Assembly: GCA_964035545.1 (NCBI GenBank)
Contig: CAXIUT010000246.1
Location: forward strand, 1 to 49,203
DNA length: 49,203 bases
DNA from: Bugula neritina
Lineage: Eukaryota > Animalia > Bryozoa
Reading direction: 5' to 3'
Shown here: in pieces, positions 14,985-28,458 of the stretch
How the letters are laid out: the number at the start of each line of letters is the position of its first letter
Numbering within the stretch: the stretch's first letter is position 1
Position numbers and translations under genes: made by a program
Notes under the pieces: generated by a model
The model's input: only the letters and a program-made list of their open reading frames with translations
Database searches by the model: none
What the model was told of the DNA's origin: nothing

Positions 14985-15172
14985 AAATTATAATCTTTAT
15001 TGAATTTATTTATTGCTTTCTAAAAATATATAAAATAAATTGATGTAATACAGAATGGAATAATAACTGCTAGACATTATAAAATAATATATGACTAACC
15101 TTCATAACTAGTGTTATATTTAGGATAAAATAAATATCTAATTTATTTATGCATACAAATTACTCCAATCAC

Positions 15173-15925
15173 TCAAAGCATAATTCGCTCAATATTCCTT
15201 TATATTTATTCCATTTATTATTCCAATTAATCATCCTTTTCATCTTTTTCTTACTTTATAGGAGTCTCTTAGAAATAAACCAAATCAATATTAGCCCAAA
15301 CACTCTCATTTTCAAATAATCCTCCTCGCTTGCTCTATATAAACATCCATATACCTAGCAACTTGCTGTCGCCTCAGTGTTCTTATATCGTTTTACTAAA
15401 GGACTTACACTTGGAAGTTCTTCTTTTTCCTTCTATTTTTCAGGAGTTCTCTAAAAAATATTGTCAGGACTTTTTTGCTGAGAGATCCAGGCTTCAGAGA
15501 GAGGATTTTTTTTATGAGATTAACTCTGATGTTTAAGATGTGAATTCAAAGAGGGAAAGTTTTATTTTTCAGGTTGATAGTAGTACTGTTGAGGAAGACA
15601 GTTGTAGTAGTAGGTAGATATCCTTTAATTTTCTTCTCTGGTTTGTAATTTGCAACGATTGCATTTCTTCCTAAATGAGAAGTTAAGGTTATTACAATGT
15701 AGACAGACCCAATCTCCATCCCTGCCTTGAATACTAGATTTTGGATACCTCTGCATATTAGTTGAGCTTTCTTTAAGAGGAGTCGTATACTAATTCATCC
15801 ACTCTTTCTTCTTCTTTTGGATTTAAATTATACTTTAATATTAACGAATTCCTAATCAGCAGATCTATCCATCTCCTCATCTGTAGTATTTCCTATTTAC
15901 TCAACTAAATATTAAGATTCTTCAT
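15173..15925 (-). CDS. RanBP2-type zinc finger protein
   Basis: RDGDWVCLHCNNLNFSFRKKCNRCK matches the W-x-C-x2-C-x3-N-x6-C-x2-C motif. Confidence 0.8.
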
Positions 15926-15951
15926 TAATATACTTTAATTATAGATCATAA

Positions 15952-17817
15952 TCAATTATTGCTCATCATTTATCTTATCCTTTACACATTCTACATAGCT
16001 CTTTTCTCAGGAACTATATGCTAAAGACGGCCCATATTGTGCTTTATCCTTCCCTCTTGATCTTTCTTTGTATAAATTCTGACTTTAAACTCTTGGAAGT
16101 AGTAGTCCTCAACTACTTCTTTTATCTGTTTCTCATCAAACTTCATCAACTTAAAAATAACTCCATCTTAATCCCAAAAGATCTTTTTGGCTTGTTCATC
16201 ATAAGCTGTTGTATATATAGATCCGAATCCATCACTCAACTCGGCACCCATAATGAAATGAGGTACTGTATTTTAAACATATTTTCCACAAAGACAAGAA
16301 GTATTCTTTTAGGCAGATTTATTGCAATGAGGACAACCTTAATAATACCATTTCTTCATCGATAACCTGTTAACATAAACATCAACATCAGTTTTTAATG
16401 TTTATCCTATTATTAGCATATCAATTGCATTACTAAGCTCTTTAAAATGTTTAAAGACTTATCCACTTGCATTTTCTTCTTCTTTTATTCTTCTATCAGA
16501 TAAACCTTCATAACCTTTGTAGTCTTGCATCACAGCATCTAAGTGCTTTTCATAAGCTGGATATTCAGCTATTTGAATACTAGATCTGGCTCTTGAGTTG
16601 AGAGTCAAACTTCCATTATAGTTATGAAGAACAAATCGACTCAAAATAACAGTTTTTCCTATAAGCGAGTAATCAGCTTTAATTTTATCATTCCACAAAA
16701 CCGCATTAATCTTTTTTTGTTGAACTGGATCAATGATGACCCAATTCCACCTAACCAATACTTTATTATCCTTTGTAATTTATTTTGGCTCTTCTATCTA
16801 AGCTAAAATACCAATAATATCAAACTATTGATCTTAAATCGACTTGATCAGTAGTTAATTGAGAGTGATGGCTGAATCTTCTGATTTAGAAATGATATTA
16901 ACATCTGATACTTCTTCAAAAATTGAACTAGTGTGAAAATTGAGTTTAAAAGGAGATAGTTTATTGTTTTTGCTATTATTATAAGTTTAGTTAACAATCC
17001 AACCTTCTGATATTTTGTAAACACTATTTAGTTTTAGTTAATCTTTAAATTTATCAGCTGCATCATAGAAAAAGTAACCAGATATTTTCACTTCAGAACG
17101 ATCCACTAACTACAATGCTAACATTCGAACCATCTTATCAGAATTCTTCTTTTTAAACTCACTATAGTCCATTTTTGTTATTCTACATAATAAATGCCAG
17201 TTTTTCAAACCGACAAATAAGCCCTTTATTGTTTAATAATCTTTTATACTACCATTGAGAGGTCTAGAATCAGGAACTCTCATCTATTTTCGATCTTCTT
17301 TCTTTACGACTGATTTCTATTCTTTTTTTATTGGTTTAGAGTTAGATTTCATCATTGATTCAGTCAAAGGTTCTCCTTTACTACCATACATTGAGATGTG
17401 TTGAGTTTTTATTTGTTAAGTTTATATTTAGAAGACTTTTGCATCTTATGGGTTGATAGTTATGTTATCATCTAGAGGTTAAGGAGTTCCCAATAGTTTT
17501 CCATATTAACAGATCAATTCGAATTCAATAATTCCTAATTTTTTACCAGTATCAGCCACTACATGTTATTTAATGCAAATAATCGCATTTTCGTGTTTCT
17601 CTTGTATTAATTGAAAGTTACCTGGTTTTAGAGATTCTTTTTCTTTGAGAAAAGCCTTGACACAGTGAGATCCATCAGAAATCAAACATGATAGTTTACC
17701 ACTTTTATTGAGTGCAATCTTATAAACCTGAACAACAATGAACTCTTCTTCTTTAGGAGCCGAGCAGAGTTCAATGATGGCACTTTTGTTGAGCTGTCTG
17801 TATTATTCTTTCAGCAT
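15952..17817 (-). CDS. Replication protein A 70 kDa subunit family (RPA1 or ciliate paralog)
   Basis: N-terminal OB (CLISDGSH), DBD-A (NWHLLCRITK...FFYDAADKF), DBD-B (DIIGI...NAVLWN...LSRFVLHNYNGSLTL) and DBD-C with a C4 zinc ribbon (CPHC...CGKC). Confidence 0.85.
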
Positions 17818-17925
17818 TTGGATTATTTTTGAGCGCGAAAAACTAATATAATATTAACCTTCTGCCTAAATTGCTTGAATCACTGTTATTAGTAGCCCAG
17901 TTATATTCAAATAATTATACAGATC

Positions 17926-19494
17926 ATGCTCTTACCCGAATAACTTTATACTCATATGCCTAAAAAAGTCACATCATGGAAACCCGAAGATGTACAAACC
18001 TGGTTTCTTCTTCACTCCATTCCAATCGATCCTACCTTCAACTGTATATTAATCAATATGTAGTCAACGAATAACAGTTTGATGGTCCTTCCTTTTAAAG
18101 AGTTTCTCCATAGTATTTGTACTCTAAATGCGGAATTACTTCGAATTTTATGGTCAAAAAAATTATTGAATGGATTGAAGAAGATATTAGATAATTTTAG
18201 GAATATGTTGATTCTCAAAGTTCATAAAATGTTCTTTAATTTCACAAGAAGGATGTAAAAGTAGAAGATTATGAATAGAAAAATTAAAAGAACTAAAAAA
18301 ATAAAGAAAACTTTAATAAAAATAAGTAATAATAATAAGGCAGCTCAAAACACTCTTAAGGGATTATACCAATTGATAATATAAAGCAATGGAAAAGAGC
18401 TAAACCAAAAGCTCTCTCATACTAACAAAAAAAAATATTCAAGTAAAAAGTATATTCCTACGACTCTCAAAAAGTAATATCAAACGATAACTAATATATG
18501 AAATATGCCCAAAGCTAATACTAAATATGTTAGCATTATCTTTAATTCTCATATTAGCTACAAAATATAAGAATATCTAAAAGTGGGTACATTGGAAGAT
18601 ATCAAAAGAACGACGTTATGATCATACACGATTCAGTTTCAAGAGATCATGCTCAGGCTATCAAAATAGGAAATTAATATTATCTCAAAGATATTGGTTC
18701 TAAGTATGGCACCTATGTAGAAATTGGAAAAGATTGTAGAAAAGCAATAGAAGAAGGAAATATTTTATCATTTGATGATTATCAAATTGAAATAGAAAAA
18801 ATAAAAATATACAAACAAAAAGGAAAGTATTGTTTCGATCTTAAAATAAGAATGCTGAACTCTTCATCGTCAATAAAAACATTTTTTGCCAAACAATTTG
18901 TTTCTATTGGAAGATAGGATAAAGATATTAGTTTAAATTATCCTTAGATAAGTCAAAATCATGCAAGGATAGTAATATAAAATGATCAAAAACTATATTT
19001 GGTACGGGAAGAAGGTCAATCATTTTTGCGTTTGAAAAAAGATGAGCTTTATCCTTTAAGAAATGATCAAACTCTTTGTTTTGGTCTTCAAGCAGTAAAT
19101 GTAAGTATTATAAAAATAAGCAAACCAATGAATATTTCAGAGTTTTAGTCTTATAAACTGTAATGATTTTGCTATCCTAAATATTTATTAAATAAATATT
19201 ACATAATTATCAGAACAAATGATCTTAATCATCATCATTATTTGTCAGATCATCATAATGTAATGGTTTCAATATCTTTGGAAGAGTCTATCGTTCCCTA
19301 TATTGCCTATCTGTCAAAAAATAATTTTAAAAACTATCACTATTCGTTATGTATCTCCAATATCAAAATATGATTCCAAACTAATAAAAATAAAAATATT
19401 GCTGAATGGTATTTAAATTATCAAGGGTCATCAAACAAGCTATTTTGATATTGATAACTTCCTCTTACAATAAACAAATAACATAATCAACTGA
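17926..19494 (+). CDS. SAM + tandem FHA domain protein
   Basis: WKPEDVQTWF is SAM-like; FHA motifs VSRDHA...KDIGSKYGTYV and FSIGR...ISQNHARI; 3' end approximate. Confidence 0.75.
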
Positions 19495-19510
19495 ATAAAA
19501 AAAAGATATA

Positions 19511-21108
19511 ATGAGCCAAAGATCAAAAATTTTCCATCATTTGCTCTCTTTCAGCACTATGTTTCACTAACAATCGAAAAATATAAAAAAAAGTGATAAA
19601 GTAAAATAGCCCTATTAATGTTAATATAAATCACAATATTTAGGTTAAAAATTCCCTTCAAACAGCAAATAGATAATTCTAAATGCCTGGACGTTTATTA
19701 AATATGAATATGAAGAAGCCTAGAGGGAAAGAAAGACTAAAATAAAACAATTTGAAAATAGAGTCAATTTGGTTTTATATATAAAATTAAATAATTTAAA
19801 ACAAAGAACTATCGAGCTATTGGTCCTGAAATAGCTTCTTTACTTGATTATTTGCTTCAATTACTACTATTTTCATTAAAAATCTAATAAATACAATTAA
19901 TTTTAATCGTTTTTTATGCTAATATTGCCATATTATTATACAATTCTGCAATTATAATTTGGTAAATAATGGAAAGACAATCAAAAATGCCTGGTCTTTT
20001 AGAGGAAATAGTCAAGCAAAAAATGGAAAACATTACTCAGAAATCTAAATCATCAGTGTTTAAAAAGTTCAAAAGTATACATGAAGAATTTTTAAGGTTA
20101 AAATTCCCTGTCTTTGAAGATCTTCGTCTTGAAATCATTGAATTCATTAATAAAGAACAAAAACTCTTTAAATAAACACTTGTTGGCTTAATGTATGATG
20201 AGGATAAAATGGTACTGAACAATTAAATAAGTAAATATTTTGACGATAAGATCAGTCAATAATCTTCTCCTTCTGACAAATCTTATTGGAGTAATTTAAA
20301 AAGAGATTTTATCAAATAGCAAGAATAGAAAAGCAACAATCTTTTTGAAGATCTAAAATTGTCCATTGAATTACTATTATAAAGGTATTCGTAATTTGAA
20401 TAAAGAGTATCTTAGTCTTTTTAATACACTTCAAAAAATCTAAAAACACTATTTCACTAAAACTACCTTCGTTTTTATTCGAAAATAATTTCTTTGTATC
20501 AATAAATGCTCTACTAAAGTAATCCTAAATAAAACATGCTCCTAATTGAGTCAAATTCAGATTTATCAACTCCATAAAAATATAAGTAAATTGATGAAGT
20601 AAAATTGGACTTTAAAGGTTGGGTTTAAATGTAAATACTTTTGCCAAATAATGGTATTTATAAAGCTTTTAAAAGATAAACTGACCTCTTTGAAACAGTT
20701 TATGATTAAATATTCTCCTTTACAAAAGTTTCTAAAAACGATTTTGTTTTTTACTATAAATTCCCAAATGAAATTTAGACAGAAGGAGATTCTATGACTA
20801 AGAATCGAAGAAGGATGTCTATCATACACCAATGTACTAATCGAGAGAAGATCTTACTAGATGAGTAGGAATATGTTGAAATTTTACAATCTGATCAGAT
20901 TTCATCCTGGACGGGATACATCAATAAAGTAAAATGTAACTATTCTAAATCTTATGGAGAAAAGATGTCCCTCAAAATTGAACCTTTGAATATCACATTA
21001 TATTTTCTACCTGGAGACAGCTTTTCCTAAATTCAAGAAAGAATCAATCATTAGAAAAAATTTGTTAATTCAAATGTTCAATTAAAAGCAATAATCAATG
21101 ATATATGA
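19511..21108 (+). CDS. Hypothetical protein
   Basis: Includes the 19969 ORF extended through TAR=Glu codons; ends KAIINDI-TGA. Confidence 0.5.
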
Positions 21109-21224
21109 TTAAACAAAAATATTTTTTTATTATTTTTGTATAAGTTAATGTTTCTATTTATTTTTGTTAAATTTATCAGATATTTATCATAATATAGATT
21201 ATTCTAAATTATTTCATGTACAAA

Positions 21225-22462
21225 TCATTGATAACTTTCAGCACAAAGTCTTTTAAAAGCTACAGATTGGAAAAATGTAGAAACAACTCTTGAATCTTTA
21301 TTAAATAGAGTTTCAGTCTTTATTCCAGCCTATCTTACCCAAGCCTAATCTTCATTCAAACGACCATAATCCCTAATCGGAATAATTCCCTCTGCATTTG
21401 ATTCAATAACTGGAGCACGATAACTTTTTTCATCTTGAATAATAAACTTCTTATTTGTCTTTCTATTTGACAATCTATTTTGCTTGTAAAAAATATTATA
21501 ATCTTCAGCACTTATTAGACTGTTTTGATGTTCTGTTGAAGGATGAGTCAAAAGCAATAAATGCTGACTAGGAGGCCAAAAGTTACTTGTCATATTTGGC
21601 ATCTCACCTCCATACTGTACTTCTACTGATTTTTTATCCATGTGTTTCCACATATCATTGTGATATCCATCACCTGTAATCTTTAATTTCTTCAAAGTAT
21701 TTTCTGAAACAAAATTCGATACAATAGCCTACCAACCCCATCGAATAACTGTAGGCATTGATAAAATATAACTAGCAAAAAGTCTTCCTCTATAGGCATT
21801 GCTCGTAAAAGAAAGAATTTTCATTATTACCTTAATTAACATAAAAAATACCCCTCTTAAGCTAAAACTAGCAGCTTCCAAATTCATAATCAAGACATAA
21901 TTTTAAACCTGACCTTCAATTAACAACTACTTTATCATAAATTCCATTATTGTGACTAATGACTTCTGAATCGACTCGTTTTAATCATCATCTGAATCGA
22001 ATTTACCAATATCCACTACTAATATAGGTCGATATTGACTATCTCTTCCACAAAAATAGAATGCTCCTGAGCTCTGAGTTATTATATATTTTACTAACAT
22101 CTTCTATGTCTGCAAATCCATTTTCAGTGGAAAACTAGTTGATCTCCATTTCGTTGTCTCAGTCATCGAATCAATAGTTTTTGATGTTTTGAACTTATTT
22201 GCCTGTAAAAATCTTAGCTTATTAGGTATATCGAACCATGGATCAATACTGATTCTTTTCACCTACATTTGATCATCTAATTTCGCAAGTGCTTTCTCTT
22301 AAAAATGATTAAATTGCTGTCCTCCTTAGAATATTTTCCGCCATTGCTTTTCTCCTTCACCAATTATGATTTACTAGCCTGTATTTGATCGAATCTACCT
22401 TGGGGAAAGTACAAAAATGCCTCATCTGGAATATACTTCCATTCTTCAACGTAATCCTTCAT
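21225..22462 (-). CDS. CRAL-TRIO (Sec14-like) lipid-binding protein
   Basis: KLRFLQANKF, GAFYFCGRD..YRPI, GQVENY, YRGRLF, VEVQYGGEMPN; 21-nt introns at 21831-21851 and 22074-22094. Confidence 0.88.
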
Positions 22463-22509
22463 AGTTTTATAAGTTATAAATAGAATTTAGCTATAGCATA
22501 TGTAAATGA

Positions 22510-23404
22510 ATCATTATTATAGAAACAATAAGAGGTTCTCTCATTTTTACGTTCCATTTAGAACACGAATTTTTTGCATAAACTTATGAGAAATAATGAT
22601 ATAAACATCAACAAAGACTTATTTGTTCCTCATATTTCTTAAATTTTTATTTTTAAAGGTTTTTTTAGACAGAATTAACCTTTTGCGGAGATGAGATGCA
22701 TCATCATGCAAAGTGAGATTCGTCTTAAAGACAGTGAGGAAGCACTTTTGGCTGAAAGAGATCAGGTACAGTGTATTGAGTAGAAGAAGGAGTCGAGAGA
22801 GGTGTGTTTGAGGTTTAAAAAAGATTATAGGATTGATTGTTGAAGGTTTATCCCATAATATAATGAGATTCGGTTTATATTTATAGATGTAATTTTTGAG
22901 TTTCTATCAAGACTGTACTCTTACAGGGTCATTTCTATAGTCTTCTCTTATTATTTGCATCAGCAAATAAGACAACATTTCAATCTAGGATGATAAAAAG
23001 AACGTTCATATTCATAACGGGGAAATCGGAAAAACTACTTCGGTAGTTCTTTCCAGGATGATCATCCTTTGCAGTTTTCTGCATTGTGAGAATATGAACG
23101 AGTATGACTAGATTCCCTACTTAAACAAAAAAAATAACTTATTTATTCACTTATTACTCTTATTATCATTCTTAATAGAACTAGATCAAGATTAGGCTAA
23201 TTTTTTAGTTGCCTATAAGATAGTTTTGAATTCTTCTGATGAAAAAAGAGTCTTTATTGAAGCATATCCCTTCACAAAAGATTCTTCTTTTCTGATAACC
23301 ACATCTCTTAGTTTATTTTCAGGAATATCCATAACAACTGGAGACTGTCTAATCATTTCAGATTCTCTTTGTTCATTTTTATTATTCTGTTGGTTTTATG
23401 GCAT
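22510..23404 (-). CDS. Hypothetical protein
   Basis: MPENQQNNKNEQRESEMIRQSP... open frames on the minus strand with a probable 20-nt intron; 3' end uncertain. Confidence 0.4.
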
Positions 23405-23558
23405 TCTTCAAATAAACAAATAATTACAGTTAACTATTAATGCTAAGGGAAATATTTAATATGAACAATAGATTATTTTTTATAAAAATAAATAAATACT
23501 CTTGATAAATATAATCATATTGTTTAATTCTTCTTTTACAATAATATCTTAAAAAACA

Positions 23559-25067
23559 ATGAAATAAAAAGTTGAAGAGAACCTATATTTTGTTGATAAA
23601 ATCCTTAAAATCTAATAGGTCAATGGAGAACTCAATGCTATCGTAAAATGGGAAAATTACAACTATAGAGAAACTACTAAATAACCTGTCTAGGTTCTAA
23701 AACTTAATCCTGCAATCCGTGAATAAGTCTAAAAGCACTAAGCTTTATTTAAATCAAGGCGCTAAACCAAAAAATTCGACTAACAAATAAATCTAGAAAC
23801 ATAAATGTTGAATTAAAGAGTTTTTGGAAAGAAACTATCATCCAAATATGATAGATATGAAGTATATCCTAAAGATGAAAACAAAAAGAAAAGTACAGAA
23901 CCAAGCAAATAGAAGAAAAATATATAACAAACAAAGAAATAGATTGAAAAAATAACTCCAGATCATCTTATTCACTGTCATTTGGTAGCAAAACAAAGAA
24001 TCAAGAAAAAAATTGCTTAAGGATTAGGATCAATGTCAAAATAAGACTACTTTCAACTTTCAGATTTATGTCAAAAAGCCTATGAATAAAGTAAAAAGAA
24101 AAAAATGTCTTCTAATCCAACAGAACCTGATATTCAGCAAGTTAAAGGGATCATAAAAGAGTAAAATAAGTATCTATTTTTACTTTTAATTCAAAATAAA
24201 ATGATAGTTTCCTGTCCAACTTTGAAAATGCTTGAATTTGCTCCAACTCATCTTTACAATTACCTTGTTGAGCTCTTAAAAAATGTTAGATTTATGATGA
24301 AAGATGATATATTAAGATAAGAATAAAGAATAAAAAAGAGAAAAATAAAAAATAGAGCAATAGACTCAGTCGTTAAGGCCTTTAATATGAATAAAAAAAT
24401 ACAAGCATAAAAGAATGCAGTTCACTTTGGTCTAGATTAAGAAGATACTTTGAATAATATTCGATAATATAAAGAACAATTTTTATAAAGGAACATTAAT
24501 TTTGATGATCAAAAATCTCGATCATCAGGACTTTCAAAAAGTTTATCAAAAGATTCTTCAAAACAAAGAGAAAAATCAAACAAAAAAGTTAATTAAGTAG
24601 GAGTAAAGAAAGTTTCTGAAGTTGAATAATTATATTTAGCTATCAAAAGTGACCTAGATAGACTTCAAAGAGGAAAAAAATAATAAAAATAAGCATTATA
24701 ACAAAAATAAAAAATAACTAAAAAAATTATAAATAAGCAACAAAAAGTAAATAAAAAGAATATTTAGAAAAATTCTAGCAATTTAGGATAAAAAAATAGT
24801 TCAAGTAAAAGCAAATCTTGTTCTAAAAGTCCTATTTCTTCTTATCATGAATCAAGTCATAAGAAATCTCAGAAATCTTAAGAAAACATAAATGATTCAT
24901 CAGTGCGAAGATCTCAGAGAATTGTGTCCAGGAAAAAGTCATAAAATCTAATGGAGAGTTAAAGTGAATTGAGTAGTTCAGATGAGCCTGATTAATCAAG
25001 CAAATTCAAAAGAAAAAGAACTCCATAAGAATATTTCCCGAAAAAACGTTTAAAAGACGACAATTGA
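23559..25067 (+). CDS. Chromodomain protein, HP1-like (chromo plus possible chromoshadow, long K/S-rich tail)
   Basis: LYFVDKILKI...AIVKWENYNYRETTKEPVEVL chromodomain; PDIQQVKGII...YLFLLLI...FAPTHLYNYLVELL resembles a chromoshadow domain. Confidence 0.75.
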
Positions 25068-25132
25068 TGATAAATATGTATTTACTTAAAAGTATAATTA
25101 CTAGAAAATTATTTTATTTATAATGAAATCTA

Positions 25133-26518
25133 TCAAAAATCTCCATCTTAACTAAACTAACTTATATAATATAAACTTAATACTTAACCATAATAATTAA
25201 TGACACTAGCCATCCTATTCGATGAATATATAATTTTAAGAATTCTATCGCTGACATGATTACAACTATTGCATTATAAGTATCTTAAATTTCTTAAAGT
25301 TTTGTTATTTTGTGTATTAATTTTTAATAAATCAGCTGTTTTAGGCTATAACATATCATATATTTCATCAGGCTGATATTATTTTAGTCTATTTAACTTT
25401 TTAAAATCAAACCTTAGTTGATCATAGAGTTTTTAATTAAAAGCTTATTTAGGTATGTTATACTACTCAAAAGCCTCATCACTCAAAGATTTAATTCCAT
25501 TCAAAACCAATCTTTCCAGAGAAGTACACTTTGATACAATACTTTTGACCGAATAGTTTGTAACTTAGTTACACCAACTAATATTCAAACACTTTAAATT
25601 AACTGCATATTATGATAGTGTCAATAAATGCTCATCTCTCAGATGTAAGGCTTCTGTAAGATCTAATTTTTATAGATTTTTAGATGATATTTTATTAATG
25701 ATATCATTTAACTCTAAATCGTAACACTTAGTTAAAGTAAGTTAAACGACTTATTTGCTCATACTTGAAGATATAGCTTATGGATTTATATATTTTTACA
25801 TATGAAAGAGACGTAATCTCTTTATATGAGGCAAGTTTCTCGTTATTTTTGTTAGTAACTCTTCAGAGCATTACTCAACATCTATCTAGAGTTATGTTAG
25901 CTGATTCAAGTTTTCATCTACTAGAATTTTTAGTAAAACTTAATAGTTAATTTGATATGGCTTTAGAATTAGACTTTACAAAGGTTCTTTTATACATTTA
26001 TCAAGGGTTTCTGCCCTAAAATCTAAAGAATCAACATTTATTTCAATATTCTTCACTTTTGTGCAGCTTTTCAACATTGCTTAAAGAAGTTAATCAGAAG
26101 TAGATTGAGAATGGAATATAATAGAGTGAATATTTGGACAAGAATGAGCTACAGCAAGATGTAAAAGACTACTACTACATCTTATTTAGATCTTTTATAC
26201 ATAATTTCTAGGTTTTAAAAATAATCCAAGTAATTACTTTTCTTCTTCATGCTATTCATCTGTTAAAAAGATAGATATCTCTTTTGGTTCGATTATTTAA
26301 ATATACTTACAAATCCATTTGATATACTAAGGCCATTTTACAGGCTTCATATAATCTTGTATAAGAAATTGATGAAACGTATTAGGTCGATAAATGATAT
26401 TTCTTAATAGACCACATGTAGAGGCTAGTGATATTTTATCTGAAGTTGTTAGATATTTTGTAAGGTTAGGAAACGATCTGCCTAGATCAAAGGGAAATTT
26501 TTATTCTTTACTCTCCAT
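25133..26518 (-). CDS. F-box/leucine-rich repeat protein
   Basis: N-terminal F-box-like KYLTTSDKISLASTC and cysteine-containing LRRs (LKCLNISWCNEVTNYSVKSIVSKCTSLERLVL). Confidence 0.8.
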
Positions 26519-26622
26519 ATAAGATTCAAAATTATAGAATCATTTGCTTTCAAAAATAATCAATTTATATCAATTTATTAAAAATATGAAAAAAAGTTAT
26601 TTTTGATGTCCTTTATTTTAAG

Positions 26623-27114
26623 ATGCTTTCTTACATTTTTGAAGAGAGTTATAATAATTATTTATATAGCATGCCTCATCTAAAACATAAAAGTCCATGT
26701 ATGACAGGTGGTAGGTTTTCTTTATTCAATTTGCTCTCGCGCCAAATTGCCCTCCTTACGATCAACCACTCAGATGATATCGTCAAAGAGTTGATGATTT
26801 CTTAAACTTTCAAAATAAATCCCCAAAAACAAACTCAATGGAGACAACTCTCTGAGAAAAGAGCCTAGATTCCAATCATAGCCAGATAAAAGATCCAAAA
26901 CCTGAGCTTTGCAAGAGACTAAGACAATGATTTCTAGGAATCTGGATAAAAGAATTAATCTTTTATTCATGTTTTACAACTAGAGGATGAGTATGATGTC
27001 AATGATATTGAAACAGTTCAATCAGAATGCATAAGTAGACAAAGAAAATATTCTGATTTTAGCATTGATGGCAGCATATACTCTATTTCATCTGAAACAG
27101 CTTCAATCAAATGA
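26623..27114 (+). CDS. Hypothetical protein (163 aa)
   Basis: Uninterrupted table-30 ORF from ATG to TGA with an acidic C-terminus. Confidence 0.5.
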
Positions 27115-27175
27115 TTATATGAGCTTCTATATTGAAAAATAACTTTATATATAGCAATACAATCGATCAAAGACC

Positions 27176-28330
27176 TCAATTTCTTTTATTGAACCTAGAA
27201 TGTTGATAGTTAGATGAATATCCATAATAACTCCCAGAAGAAGAACTGTTATTTACATAATAAGTTGAATTATTTGAAGAAATTCCGTTATTTCCTGAAG
27301 ATTATCCATAATCACTACTTTGAAGGTATTGATAGAGTGGACCTTTCTGATAATAGCCATGTGGAGGAACTATACTTTGTACATTTCCGAAACTATGGAA
27401 TTTTTGTGGCTGTGCTATAGGAATACCATAAATAGAATTCAAATTTTCTTCGAAAGGTTGACTTCCAAGTAAATTTCTCAATTGAAAATATGTTTTGATA
27501 GTAAGCAAGCTATCACTACCTGCTTGATGTTTTGGTCCTACTCTATAACACTAAATAAATCAAAGAATACTCCTATTTTTTGAGCTATTGAATTCAAGCC
27601 ACCTTATTTCAGATGATCTTATTTACTAACTATTTATTTAAGATCGTAAATGTTTGGAAAGTAAATGTGAATAGATTTGTAGAAGTCTTATGGCTTTTGA
27701 GGAAGCGGCTAATCTCTAAGAAGTTTGAGTAAATAGCCAAAATCATAGCATCCATGGAAAACAATCCATTTAAGAGTTTTATTCAAAATAAGACCTGAAT
27801 AAAAGTAAAAAAACCTGAGGAAATAAAGGCCTAAGCAAATCTTGAAGGAGGGATACCATGTTGTTTTAAACTATCAAAGGGAATACCTGCTTATTGAAGC
27901 AAAGCTATTGATTCTGGAACTAAATTTTCTGAATGAAGATCAAAAGCAAGATGAAATTGCCAAGTAGCCGGGTAAGGTTGTTTGCCTGATGAGTCTGCTA
28001 TAGTTAGTCCTATTTGTATTAATTTAGTTTTTTCAATATTGTGCCAGATGAGCTGATAATCTATTTCTTCAAGAGCATAGTATGGAGCAATACTGTTCCT
28101 TTTAACAAAGTTTCCTGGAAATTCAGTATCCTAATTGTATAATTATGTACTAATGCAATAACAGAGTAGTTTTTAGTCAATGCAGAAATGGTCTATAGGT
28201 GCTGATCGAGGTTGTGAGCCCATACATCGATGATAGGAGTATTAAAAGAAGAATTTGAAGTAAATTAAAGGTCTTAATCTCCTCCATCTTCAGTATCAGC
28301 ATTGCTTCGACTGTGATTTTTATTTCTCAT
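27176..28330 (-). CDS. CAF1: CAF1/POP2 deadenylase (CCR4-NOT subunit, DEDD nuclease)
   Basis: IIDVWAHNL...VIAL|[33 protein letters not shown]; a 20-nt intron at 28131-28150 splits AL/DTEFPG. Confidence 0.92.
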
Positions 28331-28458
28331 AGGTCGTTGTATTACTTTATTAATATAAAAAACCAAGACCTATATTATCAAAGATCAATACTTCAACTGC
28401 AAAGCTTTATTTCTTATTAATATTAAAAATTAGACGATGCTTAAATTTACTCCATAAC

